A DNA stretch of 63,410 bases, filler included, from Bigelowiella natans CCMP2755 (Eukaryota; Protista; Cercozoa), in assembly GCA_000320545.1 (NCBI GenBank). It is 8 parts of 8 records of this genome, joined end to end, with 100 filler letters (N's around TTAATTAATTAA, not from the genome) between each part and the next. Parts side by side here need not be neighbours in the genome. Positions count along the whole stretch, not along the records: positions 26,126 to 54,435 come from ADNK01002311.1; 7 more parts are not named here. One strand, written 5' to 3'. The position numbers and the translations under genes were made by a program. Position 1 is the stretch's first letter, and each line of letters opens with the position of its first letter. The notes under the pieces were generated by a model. It searched no databases and was not told the DNA's origin. It was given only the letters and a program-made list of their open reading frames with translations. Below, piece by piece: positions 40,416 to 52,994 of this stretch.

Positions 40416-41059
40416 CGTCTGCTACAAAATGGTTTAGGATAATATTCTCCAGTGCGGAACTCGTAGATCTAGATTTTTTTTGGGGGTTTTGGGAGTAATT
40501 CCTGCTAAAAGTTCAAGTCTTAAGGCAAAAATCTCCGTTTTAAAATTCCAAAATACACTATTAAACCGTTACGGATTCCAAAGTGGACAAGAAATATGGG
40601 GAAGTAAGTTAAGCTATATTTTTGTCTTTAATAAGATACATATTTATTGACGACTTAAAAACCAGTCAGTCGGTTAATGTAGAGCCCCAGGACTTGATTG
40701 GTGTCCTGAAATTGTTAAACGCGTGAACTTAAAAATAACAGGTCTCGGGAAATTCCCGAGCATTTTCCTTTTACGACAGCCAAAAGAACGTTCCGTACCT
40801 AAGATCACTTTTGGTTCCCTTGACCGCTGCGGCAGGTTCCTTTCGATGTCGCCTGCGAAATACCAGTGGCATTACCCTTTTGTCTAGGGAAATAAGGTAT
40901 TTTTACGGTATCGACAGCGTCCGTCGCAATGGAAAGAAGCTTGGGCAAGACGGCGCAAATCATTGTCTCCCATGTGGTTCATTTCACATGAGTGGCCATG
41001 GTGTTCTCATCCCTTCACGCAGCCTTGGAGTGTGCCTCTGATGGGTTGCAGCTGATTTT

Positions 41060-41510
41060 TTGTGTCTCTTCACCAACAGGGTGCTGACAAGTCCTTGCAA
41101 CGAGTGTTGTTGAGGCTCTGCTGCGTGCAAATGCCTGTCTCCCATGTGGTTCTGGCGCATGCAGTTTTTGATCAACGCTTTGTTCATTGTTCATTGTTCA
41201 TTGTTCATTGTTCATTGTTCATTGTTCATTGTTCATTGTTCATTGTGGTTCTGGCGCATGCAGATTTGATCAACGCTTTGTTCATTGTTCATTGTTCATT
41301 GTTCATCGTCATCGTTGCTTCGCTGATTTTTTTGCGATGCAGCAGGCTGATGACATTGTCTGATCGCTTGTGTCTCATCACCAACAGGGTGCTGACAAGT
41401 CCTTGCGACGAGTGTTGTTGAGGCTCTGCTGCATGCAAACGCCTGTCTCCCGTGTGGTTCTGGCGCATGCAGATTTGATCAACGCTTTGTTCATTGTTCA
41501 TTGTTCATTG
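41060..41510 (+). repeat. Local ~130-150-nt direct duplications ending in (TTGTTCA)n arrays
   Basis: ~41061-41245 matches ~41369-41510, with a partial third copy at ~41244-41306. Heptamer arrays at ~41180-41245, 41278-41306 and 41487-41510. Confidence 0.9.
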
Positions 41511-41796
41511 CCACGGCCCAGCTGAGGGAGCCAGATTGCACGGGAGCAGCCCTGCCACGTCGGTCCGCAAGGTTGCACGTTGAGGCCGGCCCGGGGAACA
41601 GTGACACCAAACAGCTGCGACGCTGACTCGCGCATGCGGTGGGAATCCGGCCTCACCCTTGAGATCGTTCGAATCTGGAATTTCATGATGGTTTCAAATT
41701 GCACTGTGTGGGGGAGAGGGGTGCAGGGCAATGAGTCTCACACGTGTGAGGGCTCTCTTCACATCTCATTGTTTGCGCTGCGAATGCGAAAAGGCC

Positions 41797-42104
41797 ATGG
41801 ACCCTGTCAGCATGAAGTGTGTGATGCTGGGCAACTCGAACATTGGGAAGACCTGTCTCGTCAGCAGATTCCTGAGGCAGCTCCACCCCAATGCATCAAA
41901 TCGTGACGTCCGAAATGCCGGTTTCAATGCCTTTTCAAACCATCCGCAGGGATGTTTTCAAGCCAGATGCTGCTCCAACTGTTGGCACTGATCACTGCAT
42001 CAGGCGTTCGAACTGTCACAGCCATCCTCCACACCACTGGAACGGAAGTCACACACGACGATGTCGGTGCGTGGGACACAGCAGGGAGCGAACGATGTCG
42101 TTCG
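41797..42104 (+). pseudogene. Rab-family GTPase pseudogene
   Basis: MDPVSMKCVMLGNSNIGKTCLVSRFLR|DVFKPDAAPTVGTDHC, then a frameshift, then VRTVT..GAWDTAGSERCRS. Donors are GCA at 41877 and 42105. A possible further remnant RGCVEACVSVHE lies near 42241-42280. No NKxD/SAK motifs found. Confidence 0.85.
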
Positions 42105-43016
42105 GCAGTCGTTTGGTCTGTCTCAGTGTTTCTCTTCCTTCGATCTCATGATTGTGGAAGTGAGTGCAGGCCAAGAGAGCTGCTTGGTGGTCAAATCTCA
42201 CTCTGAATTGGCGCAACACGAAAGTGCGCACGGCGCACAACGAGGTTGCGTTGAGGCCTGTGTCAGCGTGCACGAGCAGGGTCGTTGAACGTCCATCGAT
42301 CAGGTGCTCTCACAGTCTGTGCACGACAGGCGGGTGCGTCTGAACGTTGTGCAGTTTGTTGTTCAGACTGGCCAGTTGCAATTGAGGAATGCGAGCTGAC
42401 AAGGTGAAGTTTTGAAGTTCTTTCGTCTCCGTGTTCTTCAGGTTGCAAACTTGACAGGATCAGGACACAGCTGGATGGCAGGACAAGCTGGCAAGCCACC
42501 AAGGCGGCCGCCATTCCAGCATTGTCGTCCAGCAGTGTGCACAATTGCTGCGCTGCGTTTTGATCAAGAGCTGCGCAATGGTTCGCACGTGCAGCAGACG
42601 TGTGTTTTGCTTCATTGCTGCACAGAACAGCCGAGTTGTGACTCCCATTCACCACTCTGATGAGTGCAAACAAATAAGCTCTCTGCAGCTCAATGCAATT
42701 TTGGATCCGCATTGAACCTGGCGATGTCCATGCATCGTGAATGCTGCACATGAATGCTACACCATGATCTCTAGATCTGTTTCACGTGCATTTGTGCAAT
42801 CTGCAAGGAGGTTGGAACTGCAGCATGCATGTTGGGGTTAGTTTGTCGGAAACGCCCTGGCATGCCTTGCCGATTCACACAACACCAATTCATGCAACTG
42901 TGTGATGGTGATCGTCTCAATTGCTTGTCATTTGGGTTTTAGGTACTTTCCTACTAAACCGATGACTAGATGTAGCAAATTCCACGGTATTGAGAACATT
43001 TCCATTGCTGATCGCT

Positions 43017-46000
43017 CTACGAGGTACACATGTCAACCCGTTTGAAGCCTCCTTCTTCATGGAGAGCCTTCTCGATGCCATTTAAATGTGCAAATCCAAC
43101 GACGCCGACTACTTTCTTGAAACTGAGTTCAGATTAACTCTAGTCATTGGATACATAACAATCTCACTCAAACTCATTTAGCGTTAAACAGGGGAAAAAA
43201 AGAAAGAGGGGGGAATAAGGTGAATGGGGGTACTTGCATAAAGAACAGTTTTTAGTTACAACTTCTTTTTCAAAGCTCCTTGAAGCGACGTGGCCATATA
43301 TAAATCCCTTTCACCTGAAATAAGTCAACGCACCGGAAAATTTTACAAACATAATGACATAAATAATTGTCGATACGTGCTTTCAAAGAGCTGCGTACAC
43401 AAGCAGCATTAAGTTTGTGTTCGGATGTATTTATTCGATCTACCGGTTATTAACATTAAAAAGCCCACGAAAAAGCCCACGAAGCAAAGACGATAATATA
43501 GTGTTTTGTACAAAATGTGGTAGCATCGCCTTTTTGATATCGAAATGAATAGATCATGCTTTATCTAATACGACCAATGAGAGCCTCATATAGCTGCGGC
43601 GACTTTTTCTGCATGTAAGCCTGCAACTTCGCCACTGTGTCGCGATTTTTCAGCTGCTCTATTTGAAGGCTGAGTTCTGTGTATACAGCAGCAGGTCCAG
43701 GCACAGTTATGATAGAGTGATTAACGACAGCATGTTGATGATTCAACACCCATAACCCAAATGGCAAATAAAAATTCCGCAATCGAATGTACAGGATGAT
43801 CTCAGTGGAACATTCAACATCGTTAGGTTCTTACGTGCAGGGTTACTGGGATCTTCTGCAGGGTCGAAACCAAGCTCCTTCAGCTCGTTAGAATCTTCCC
43901 ATTTGAAAGACCAAAACCCAGAAGTGTTACACAACGATATAGATATTTGAATGCATTGTTTACATATGGAAATGGCGTGTGTGTATTACTGACGCACCAT
44001 ACCACACCTAGCATGTACATTCACGAAAGTTGGGAAGACATGCGCGAAGAAGAATGAGACTCATGTAAATACCAGGGGAGAGGAGGTCTTGAATGTCCGA
44101 GGTCGAAGCAGCCTCTGCTAGCCGATTAAATGTCTCGTCAATTGGCCTGTCGCCGAGCAGTATCGGCACCGAATTCCGTTGTGCCTAGATGATAGTGAGG
44201 GATATGGTAGCAATTTATTACAATGAATCAGCACCATTTAATGCTCTTTCATTACACCAGGATTATTACACAGGAGAAATTAATGCAATGAACTAACGTA
44301 GCGAAAGCAGGCAACTTTCTCCGCGACACAAAAATCAGTGTCGCTCGACAGGAATCTTTGGCATTTTCAATGCCGTTAAAATTGCGAGGGTTGTATCTTC
44401 ATCGTTGTTTCTTGGCGGTAACTGAGCTGCTTAGTCAGCATCAGCTATCACTGTAAGCTCTCGCGAATTTAAAATTATAAGAAAATAATCTTACTATGCA
44501 AAAATTGTGGAGACTGAAAATCGAGAAAATATATTAAAGCACGTAATATTGCTTGGATATTACGTATTCGAATGCCGCGATGAACTCTCCTCCGACGGTG
44601 AAGCCCTCATTACCCATTCCCTATGAGGATGATAATGATGATTTCTAAAAATTAATGGAAATTGCTGCAATTTTAGCTTAACGACGGCAGAACAGCACAC
44701 GATTATCATTCATCGAAAAATGCTGACAACTCTCAGAATAATTGCGCCGGTGTGCAATCACACAGAGTACGACGGTCTCTTATTCCTCTTCTTCCTCTTA
44801 TAACCCCTGCATTTAACTTCCATTGATCAAACTACATATAACTCCACCTCGTACATCCTTGAAATAAGCTTGCCTATCACCGCTCCTAGAACCAGCTGCC
44901 TAATAATCGATTGAAATGAAGATGAGTCTTGACCCAAAAACAGCGGCTACGTCATTAACCAACAAACACGTAGCTAGAACATATCTCATGAAGGAATGGT
45001 GTTTCCAGCGGCTTCGTTTCTCACATTCTATCTCTAACATGATGGTGTGATATCTATTTGATCGCACTTTGGATGCGCAAGGGCCTGAAGCCCGTTCTTT
45101 ATCTTCTGTAGCAATGTCGGCGGCTTTTCGCCGACAACCTCTCCTGAAAGGCAAACGACCGTCACGACAGGCTATTCTAATCACGTTTAGGCGCGCCTTC
45201 TTTCTCATGCTCTTTACTAAATCACGATACGAGATTTAGATCGAAGCAGGCTTCTCTCTTACGCAGCTGCACAATTCTATTACGATTGGCAGCATCGTTG
45301 CTGTAGTTGTTTTTGTTGTCTCCCCCCCCGGCCGCGATTCTCTTTGCGTCCAGCTCTACCATGATGAGGTCTGGGGCTACCCCGTCGATGACCTGCTGCG
45401 CGAGCAAAGCGCTGGAACAAAGGGAAACGTGGAAGGGGGGAGATTAATATGAGGCTAAGTCGGATTCATCAACGCAAATTATCAACGAGTACTAATGATT
45501 ATCAGCGGCATCATCACCATCATCACCATCATTCTGCTATATCATTGTTGGAATCGTTCTCGTTCAATGGCAATATAACAGAGGCGTGTCGCAACCTAGA
45601 ATTGGAGATGTGCGCCGTGCCGATGAGAAAGATCTCGTTGTTGTCCGCATCTCTGTTGGTGGAGAGGAGGGTAGAGGGGAGGGACGAGGAGATGGGGGGT
45701 GAAGGGAAGGAAGGTGGGGAGATGGGGGGTGAAGGGAAGGAAGGTCACTGAGAGAAAGAGGGAGAATAGTGCGACAGATACTTCTGAGTTTGTATTGCTT
45801 CAGCCTTTGGTTGTCATCTCTGCCGGTACTGCAGTTGGATGCATGGCGAGCCAAATAGCAGTCTCTTGAACATGCGTGCAAGAATCAAATAACACCCAAA
45901 ACCTGAGATGTGTGACAGCAACGTTGCACGTCTTTGGTCCTGAGGGCTTGGGCTGATAAGGTGAAATGATGTGATGACGTCAACTCCGGACTACATGGAG

Positions 46001-47555
46001 CAAAACTCATTTTTGTTCCGACCCAATAACTACGTATACGGCAGCAAAATTACTCATCTATGTATCATCCCATTTCCCCCCCACTGGCAGCTTTTTCAGC
46101 AAAATAAAAGAAGGGGCGTTTGAATGTGTACCCGTGCTCTCGAAGCATAGTTTTCATCCTCCGGGTCAGAAAAATACAGGAACGTCAAGTCCCTCTTGAC
46201 TAACTCTGTACAGGGAACCATGCTTTAATTGAACGAAATGCGTACATGTGCGTATCCCGGCATATGTGTGCCCAAGTGATAAATAGTCTCTTATAATTTC
46301 AATCCAAATGTAAAGACAATAATATACGAATAGCTTTGGTGACACAACAGTGAATCAATCACACAAATGGCATTCTTTGTCCTGCGGAAATCAGCTGGTG
46401 AGTTGCCTTAAAGTAAAATTGCAATTCTACATATATTGATGCTTCTTCTTCATTTAAGCGAAATTCCAGGCGAAATGAATGTAAAAATAAATCAAATGCT
46501 GCGGATATGGTTAGTAACAGTTTCGCACTTGTTGCAGCCTCTGCTGGGCCTAGCACGTTGAGAATCCGTGCACCAGCCACCAGTCCAAGCCCTCGGGCCT
46601 AATTAGACGAAAAACAGGGAGCAGCCCATGCTATGTAAGAGATCATAGAAGCATGCATGCGCTCTAAGCTACGATGCATGTTCAACTAACTTCGCAATTG
46701 TACAGATCATTAAAGCAGGAAAATCTACCAATGCACTGGCTAGACCCCTTCGCTTGACAGCTTGATTACTTGCATCTTGGGGTTGTTGTTGCTGCGGCTG
46801 CTGTTGCATTTCGTGGAAGGCATCGCTCTTCGCGTCAGCCGTTCGCATGGTAAAATGACCGAAGCCGCTTGTTATAACCTCATTAGCCCGTTTTCTCCCT
46901 GTCGCGGTTGCGTCTGCTCCGCCTACGGTCTCTTGGAACATTTTATCACTGCCATGAGAGGTGGACGTTACACGAGCTGCTATGTTGTGGTGATTCCTTG
47001 AAGAACAGTGCCTGCTGGAATCCCCTGTGTTCGTCACAGATATAGAGGGTTAGCGAGGCGGGTCGATTAGAGAGCATCTTATTCGCTGCGATTCGAACGG
47101 GTTTTTCGCAGAAGAAGAAGTCAAGGCTGATTATTGGGCATAGGCATGTACTTAACTTTTTTGGAGAATTACCTTTGGGTCCCGGAAAAATTGATTCGAA
47201 TCGTAGCTGTGGCCTTATTGAGGTGAGGCGTACATGCTGCCCCCTCACCCGCGCCAGCTGTTCGACACACCCATACGCATCCCACAAGCACCATATTAAT
47301 ACGTAGCGTTACATCGAGAGGCTTTTCTCAAACGGTTTTTCGCTGACATTCTCACCGTGAGTCTCGGTTGTGGCGACGTCGTTGCATTTTGTGCTGCTTT
47401 AAAGCAGCACACGGTGGCGAGGGCTACTAAAGCCACCACGAACGGCCATCCTCCGAGTCTAACGATGTTATATCTTTTGAGTGTTTTGTTTCTATTATTA
47501 TTTGTTGTTGAGTGAGGGGGGCAGACCTCTTGGGGTGGCCGCGTGATGCTTCCAT
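43017..47555 (-). CDS. TraB/PrgY-family protein, intron-rich, with signal/transit/twin-arginine-like leader
   Basis: Exons EIFLIGTAHISNSS|ALLAQQVIDGVAPDLIMVELDAKRI, GFTVGGEFIAAF, PILLGDRPIDETFNRL, SPQLYEALIG|ERDLYMATSL and KKVVGVVGFAHLNGIEKAL. Inferred start MEASRGHPKR|LGGWPFVVALVALATVCC; the link of the 5' exons is less certain. Confidence 0.85.
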
Positions 47556-48132
47556 GGGATCTGACGAGAGAATTTAGCAGAAAGTTTGGGATTGAAATTT
47601 ATCAGATGTTTCCGCCTGTAAATCATTTATATATATTGAACAAATACACAACAAATACAACATTTTCCAATTGGCTGGATGTGTTGAAGTCGGTCTAAAG
47701 AAAATAACTTAACCCGAGAATATCTGTGGAATTGATTTATATCATAGGCTCGCTAGGTATTATTTTCTTAGGATATTTTTGGGTTATTTTGGTTTTTGAA
47801 TAATGGCAACAACTACAACAACAGCAACTTCGACAGCCTTTCGCCTGTGAGCAACACCCGACTAACGCTCTCGTGAAGGTGCACAAACTGAAGGAAGGGT
47901 CTATATAGGGGGGGGGAGGGGGGGGGATGGGGGGGGGGGGGAGAGCATCTTTGATCATCATGCGAGCTCCATCCGTGATTTCAATGTTGATTTCGGATCC
48001 AACTAGGGAAATGTGGCGCAGAACCGTTCCATGCAGGCGCTCCTTCCCCCGATTTCTGTCAGTGTAGATAACCTGTCCTCGCCCACCTCAAGGGACATCC
48101 CCCCCTCCCTGCTGCGTAGACACGCATAAAGA

Positions 48133-49332
48133 ATGAAGATTAGAAGGTCGGCAAAGCATAGTGCGGCTGGGAGCGGCGCAACACAAGCAGGACTGGGTTC
48201 GAAGAATGACGCCATCGAAACGACAACGACGACGCACAGAAAAAGCTCGGCTGATGCCGGGAGCAGCACACCTCATACGCCCCGTGGCCAGGAAAGGTAA
48301 GAATTGCGCCTTGGTTTTTATGATATTGTGCTGTGGGCTATAACCCATAAGTATCTGGAGTAAGGAGAGCGATTGCCTGTGCTCTTGGTGTTTGCTAGCA
48401 GCGGCCTTCGTTTCTTTGGTCTGGGAGTTGCAGCTGGCGCATTTCTGCTGATCCTCGCGGTATATCCTATTTCATCATCACCCAAAAACAAATATTTATG
48501 GTTCGTCGAGTCTATTCATGAAAGCCCCCCCTTGATGACTTCCTCGCCTCGCCCTTTCCGCTCCTTACCTTCTTCTTGGCAGACCATGCTATTCCCGGAT
48601 ACGAACGACCAAAGATCCTCTTCCTCTTTAGGTGAGTAAAACATCGAAACTGAGCAGAACAGGATAGCTAGCGAGATGCCTTTTTCGCCTCGACGTCTTC
48701 ATTGTGTGTGTGAGACTCTTAAACTAAAGCACTGCTGCGCTCACGTCAGGAGGTACTTCAGCCCTGCTGGCACACCCCATGCATTCCCTTCCCACCCTTC
48801 CTCTCTTCTCTCCGGCGAACACAACTGCGAAGACCATCGCCACCGCACCTCTTGAGGAGGCACCCCACTCGAGAAAAGATAACGGCGGCGAGAGTCAGGA
48901 CGACGAATGGAGCAGGCGGCCAACAGAAAGAGAAGTTTCGAGTGTTCCGCTCGTCGATGATTCGAGCTTTCAACAAGCACCAGGTAGTAACAAAAGCTGT
49001 GGTATGCTATCATCATCGTCGTCGTCGTCGCTGTCTTCGTGCTTCAGTATAATTATCTACCCCGTCCTCTTTCTTCTGTATCGCCTCCTCAGCTGTGGCA
49101 CGGGATTTTTCAAGTTGCGAGAAAAAGGCGTTAGGATGGGAGAAATATTCGGTCTGCTCAATGCAATGCACTACTGCTACTGTGTATAATAGTGAGGAAT
49201 TTAGCAGTAGTCGTGGAGAGAAGCTGGACACACACACACACACACGCACACACACACACACAAACACAGACACACATTTAGTCATAGTTGTTTAGCATTA
49301 AAAATGCGTTTCTCATTCTCACTGTACATTAC

Positions 49333-49385
<53 letters not shown>

Positions 49386-49964
49386 TCCCTGATACTAGAA
49401 TTGGCTATCTACGCGTGTGGAAACAGTCTGTGGCGGAGGGTAAACGTTCTCACCTCACCACCACAGCAGCTTTCTCCCTACTAAAGCCCGCCACACGGGG
49501 TGACAACTGACCGGCCAATTGCTGCGATTGATGTTTTTTAATACTCATCGCTTCAGGCTTTCTGAGCTGAAATGCGTGACATTTCCCTATCATAACCCCC
49601 CCCGGGCATTTTTCTGCTTCGGATCCAACATCGTGGAGGAGAGAGTGGGAGAAGGGCTAAAATGGTAGGCGGGTTTCGATATCTTATGGCTTTACACCTC
49701 ATCATCTTCGTCGTCGCCATTCCCCCCCATCGTCTACCCCGCGCGTGCGTGTGAGTGATAGGTATTCTCATCTCGTTTTTCCAGGACGGCCTTCTGCAAG
49801 AGGACGTCTGTTTGGCACCGCCGCAGCTTCTGGGACGAGATGGGAGTGTCGATGCCTCTTTACTCTGGCGGGATGGGCTCGTTGAATATCATAGAGGACG
49901 AAAGCTCGCGACCCTCCCCCCCACCCGGTACTGACCGCGGAGAGAAAGAGAGAGGGGGGGGATT

Positions 49965-50004
<40 letters not shown>

Positions 50005-50052
50005 CCCCTCGATGCGTGAGACAACACCACCCACAATATGAGAGAGAGAGTG

Positions 50053-50085
<33 letters not shown>

Positions 50086-51269
50086 GGGATGAGGGGGAGG
50101 TAATACTAATCAATCTGGTGTGAATGCCTACTCACCATGAAATGACATCACGCTGCTTCTTTTCCGCCCCTTACCCCCCCCCCTAATCCCCCCTTCCCTC
50201 CCTCCTATAATTTTCAGAGGCCATGCCGTTTCCGTTCTCGTACATCGCACGCACAGACTGCCCTAATCGCAACCCAGCGCACTGCATGGCCGACCCCCAG
50301 CTGGGCTTTCTTATCCGGGAGATACTGGGGTAACGACTTCTTGCATTTCACAACGGATTGACTGAGACACTGCCAGTCAACAACAGGGAGGGGGGATTGG
50401 CTCTGCGTGTCGTTTTAGCAGGATGCGTGTCACCGCGGTAGAAACACATGATCATGACGGCAATAAATTCAGGTACGAGAGATCCAAGTCGCGTACTGTC
50501 CTCGCCGACCCTGGGATGTCGGAGAAATATGCGTGGGGAACGGTGTTTGGCGCTGTGCGTATGAGCATCAAAGACGCTGTTCAGCAGGACCATGATGCTG
50601 CCCATGAAGGCGGTTCCACGCGAATGCTCCTCTCTCACGTGTGTAAATATAAAGCCGATGTAGAGTCAATGTAATGGGGCATATATCGGCTGTGTGCCCT
50701 TCTGCATGCACACGCTCTCGTCACCACCTATCACTGTCTTCGGCATCACCAACTTCCCCCCCTCCTCTCCCTCTTTTTCTCTTTCCTTCTTCCCGATTAT
50801 ATAGGCTGCTTTCAGCCCCGGGCCGATGTACGCTCCGCATTGGCAGGGCAGCAGAGACGACAAGAAGTGTGAGGGGCGGTCTCAGATCCTCCTCGACTAC
50901 CAGGGCAGGATATACCCCTCGCATTTCGAGGCTCTCCGGAGCGGCGAAGAAGGAGGCGGGGACGGGTTTTCGACTGGGAAAGTGCTGCTGGACGACTACT
51001 GCGGGTAGTGTAAAGATGCGGTGCGCGCGCGCGCGCGTGTGTGTGCGCGCACTGGTGTAATCGCAAAGAAAACAGTAATTACTAAGACTCCGCCTCCCTC
51101 CCCTCCCCTCCCCTCCCCTCCCCTCTAGGTGGCTGGCGAAGGAGATGACTGCTAATAGTCTCTCCGGACGTTTCACGTCCTCTCCCTACCATAGAACGGT
51201 GAACCACCGCTTTTCATGTCGTGATAATGGGGTGATGGCGACGATGATGATGATGACGATGATCTGTAC

Positions 51270-51324
<55 letters not shown>

Positions 51325-51391
51325 ACATTATATCAGGATATTGGTTCTTAACTGATTTAGCTACACAAACATACACAGACAGACACAGAGC

Positions 51392-51433
<42 letters not shown>

Positions 51434-52830
51434 CAACTTTTGCATACCATTCCGATCCCTATGCTAATATTCGTAGATACGAGCTTGCGAATCAATGCCC
51501 CACCTTTATGCACACTCATCATCTTCTTCTTCTTCTTCTTCGTCATCTCCTCCTCCTCCTCCTCCTCCTCCTCCTCCTCCTTCTCCTCCTTTCGCAGTCC
51601 TTCCCAACATCCCACCGCCTCTACTGTTGTTGCGCATCATATGACACCCAATCGATAATCACCACAGGTGCTGTCCCTCGCCAAGTGCAAAGATCCCTTT
51701 CGATCGGTATTAGAATATTTTACTAACCCGCGCTCGGGCGCTTCCAACCCAGCTGTAGCCCTCCGCCGTGGCCCTCGCGAAGAGCTCAGACACGCCCCCA
51801 CCTACATCTCCAATCCGCCACTTAAAATGACCTCGTGCCGTTCGCGAGTCGCATAGCTGACGTCACCGTGGCATTGCATTCAGGTAATTAGCCGGTGGGC
51901 CAGCCGTGGAGACTCGGAAACGGCAGCAGCATCAGCAATAGCACCCGAGCAGAGCGCCGATAACGTCTTCTCCGTGAATCGCCACGGCGTGGTCCTGGTC
52001 CTCACACGGCATAATTCCGGGGGTGGGCGGGGAGGGGCGACTCTCGGAAACGGCCGACAAATCACGAATCTTCGCGATTTGCTGGAAGGGCTCGCCGATG
52101 AGCCGGGCATTGACCGCCCAATAGTAACGGTCAATCCAGGGATGGAGACCTATCTCGCGCAGTTTGGCCTCGTCGCCTCTGCCGCAGTGGTTCGTCCCAC
52201 GCGCGCCATCATCATCAGCGTTGCGCCTTCTTCACTTTCACCTGATTTCCACCACACCGCCCTTGCGAACACGAGGAGGGCGCTTTCGCTCATGTTGTCG
52301 TGAACTTCGCCGCCGTTGCCGCTGCTGCGATTTCGCTTCCTTTCGTTGATCATTCACCCAATCATTTATTCTTCGTGTCGGCCCGCTGCCCTGTTCCCAG
52401 GTGGTCGGCATGCACGGCGGGGCGTTGTGGGGCGCCTCCAGATGGATGAGGGAGGACCAAGCGATGATCGAGGTACTGCCGATTCTCGGGCCTGGAGATA
52501 CGTGCATGAAGGCCAAGATGTTCGGCACGCAATATAACGCTCACGTCTGCTCCGAATGTAAGTTTGGAAGTTTGGAAGTATCGTGTATGTAGGGGAGGGG
52601 GGGGGGGGGGGGGCATCTGTGACGAGTACGATGTCTATCGAAGGCGCCACCTCAACTGAAAATCGGCTCGTTGCGAATCAGGCCGCGGCCGCGACAAGAG
52701 CGGTGCTGTAGATGTTCCCGCTGTCGTGAAAGAGGTGGTATCCGTTCTTTCTCGACGTCGCTCGGCCTACCAGCCAGACAAACACGACACGCGGTGCTCG
52801 GAAATACCCGCAATGACGCGAGGGAGATAG
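48133..52830 (+). CDS. Glycosyltransferase family 61 (DUF563)-like type II membrane protein
   Basis: N-terminal TM segment GLRFFGLGVAAGAFLLILA. C-terminal GT61 motifs RQITNLRDLL..YLAQFGLVASAAV|VVGMHGGALWGASRWM..AMIEVLP. Confidence 0.8.
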
Positions 52831-52846
52831 CTATGCAGGCGTCCGA

Positions 52847-52889
<43 letters not shown>

Positions 52890-52952
52890 CATGGATTTTT
52901 AATTCTCCTATGAGAGAGTTTGTGTGTGTGAGTGCGTGCGTGTGTGGTGTAC

Positions 52953-52994
<42 letters not shown>

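Larger units (their letters stand above)
40911..42674. other. TpA-free tract (about 1.76 kb)
   Basis: A line-by-line manual scan found no TA between 40910 and 42675. CpG, AT, AA and TT remain frequent. Confidence 0.92.

Noticed and set aside
41180-41510. CRISPR-like or telomeric array
   Set aside because: It is a simple heptamer repeat within local duplications, with no unique spacers or cas genes, and it is not a recognised telomere unit or at a contig end.
40911-42674. Classical RIP or 5mC deamination as the cause of TG/CA richness
   Set aside because: RIP increases TpA and CpG decay removes CpG. Here TpA is absent and CpG is common.
45688-45745. 28-nt direct repeat, two copies
   Set aside because: It is a purine-rich intronic slippage duplication with no further structure.
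19109-47555. TraB genes as a conjugation or mobile-element cluster
   Set aside because: They belong to the eukaryotic TraB/PrgY family, lie on different contigs, one is intron-rich, and there are no other transfer genes.
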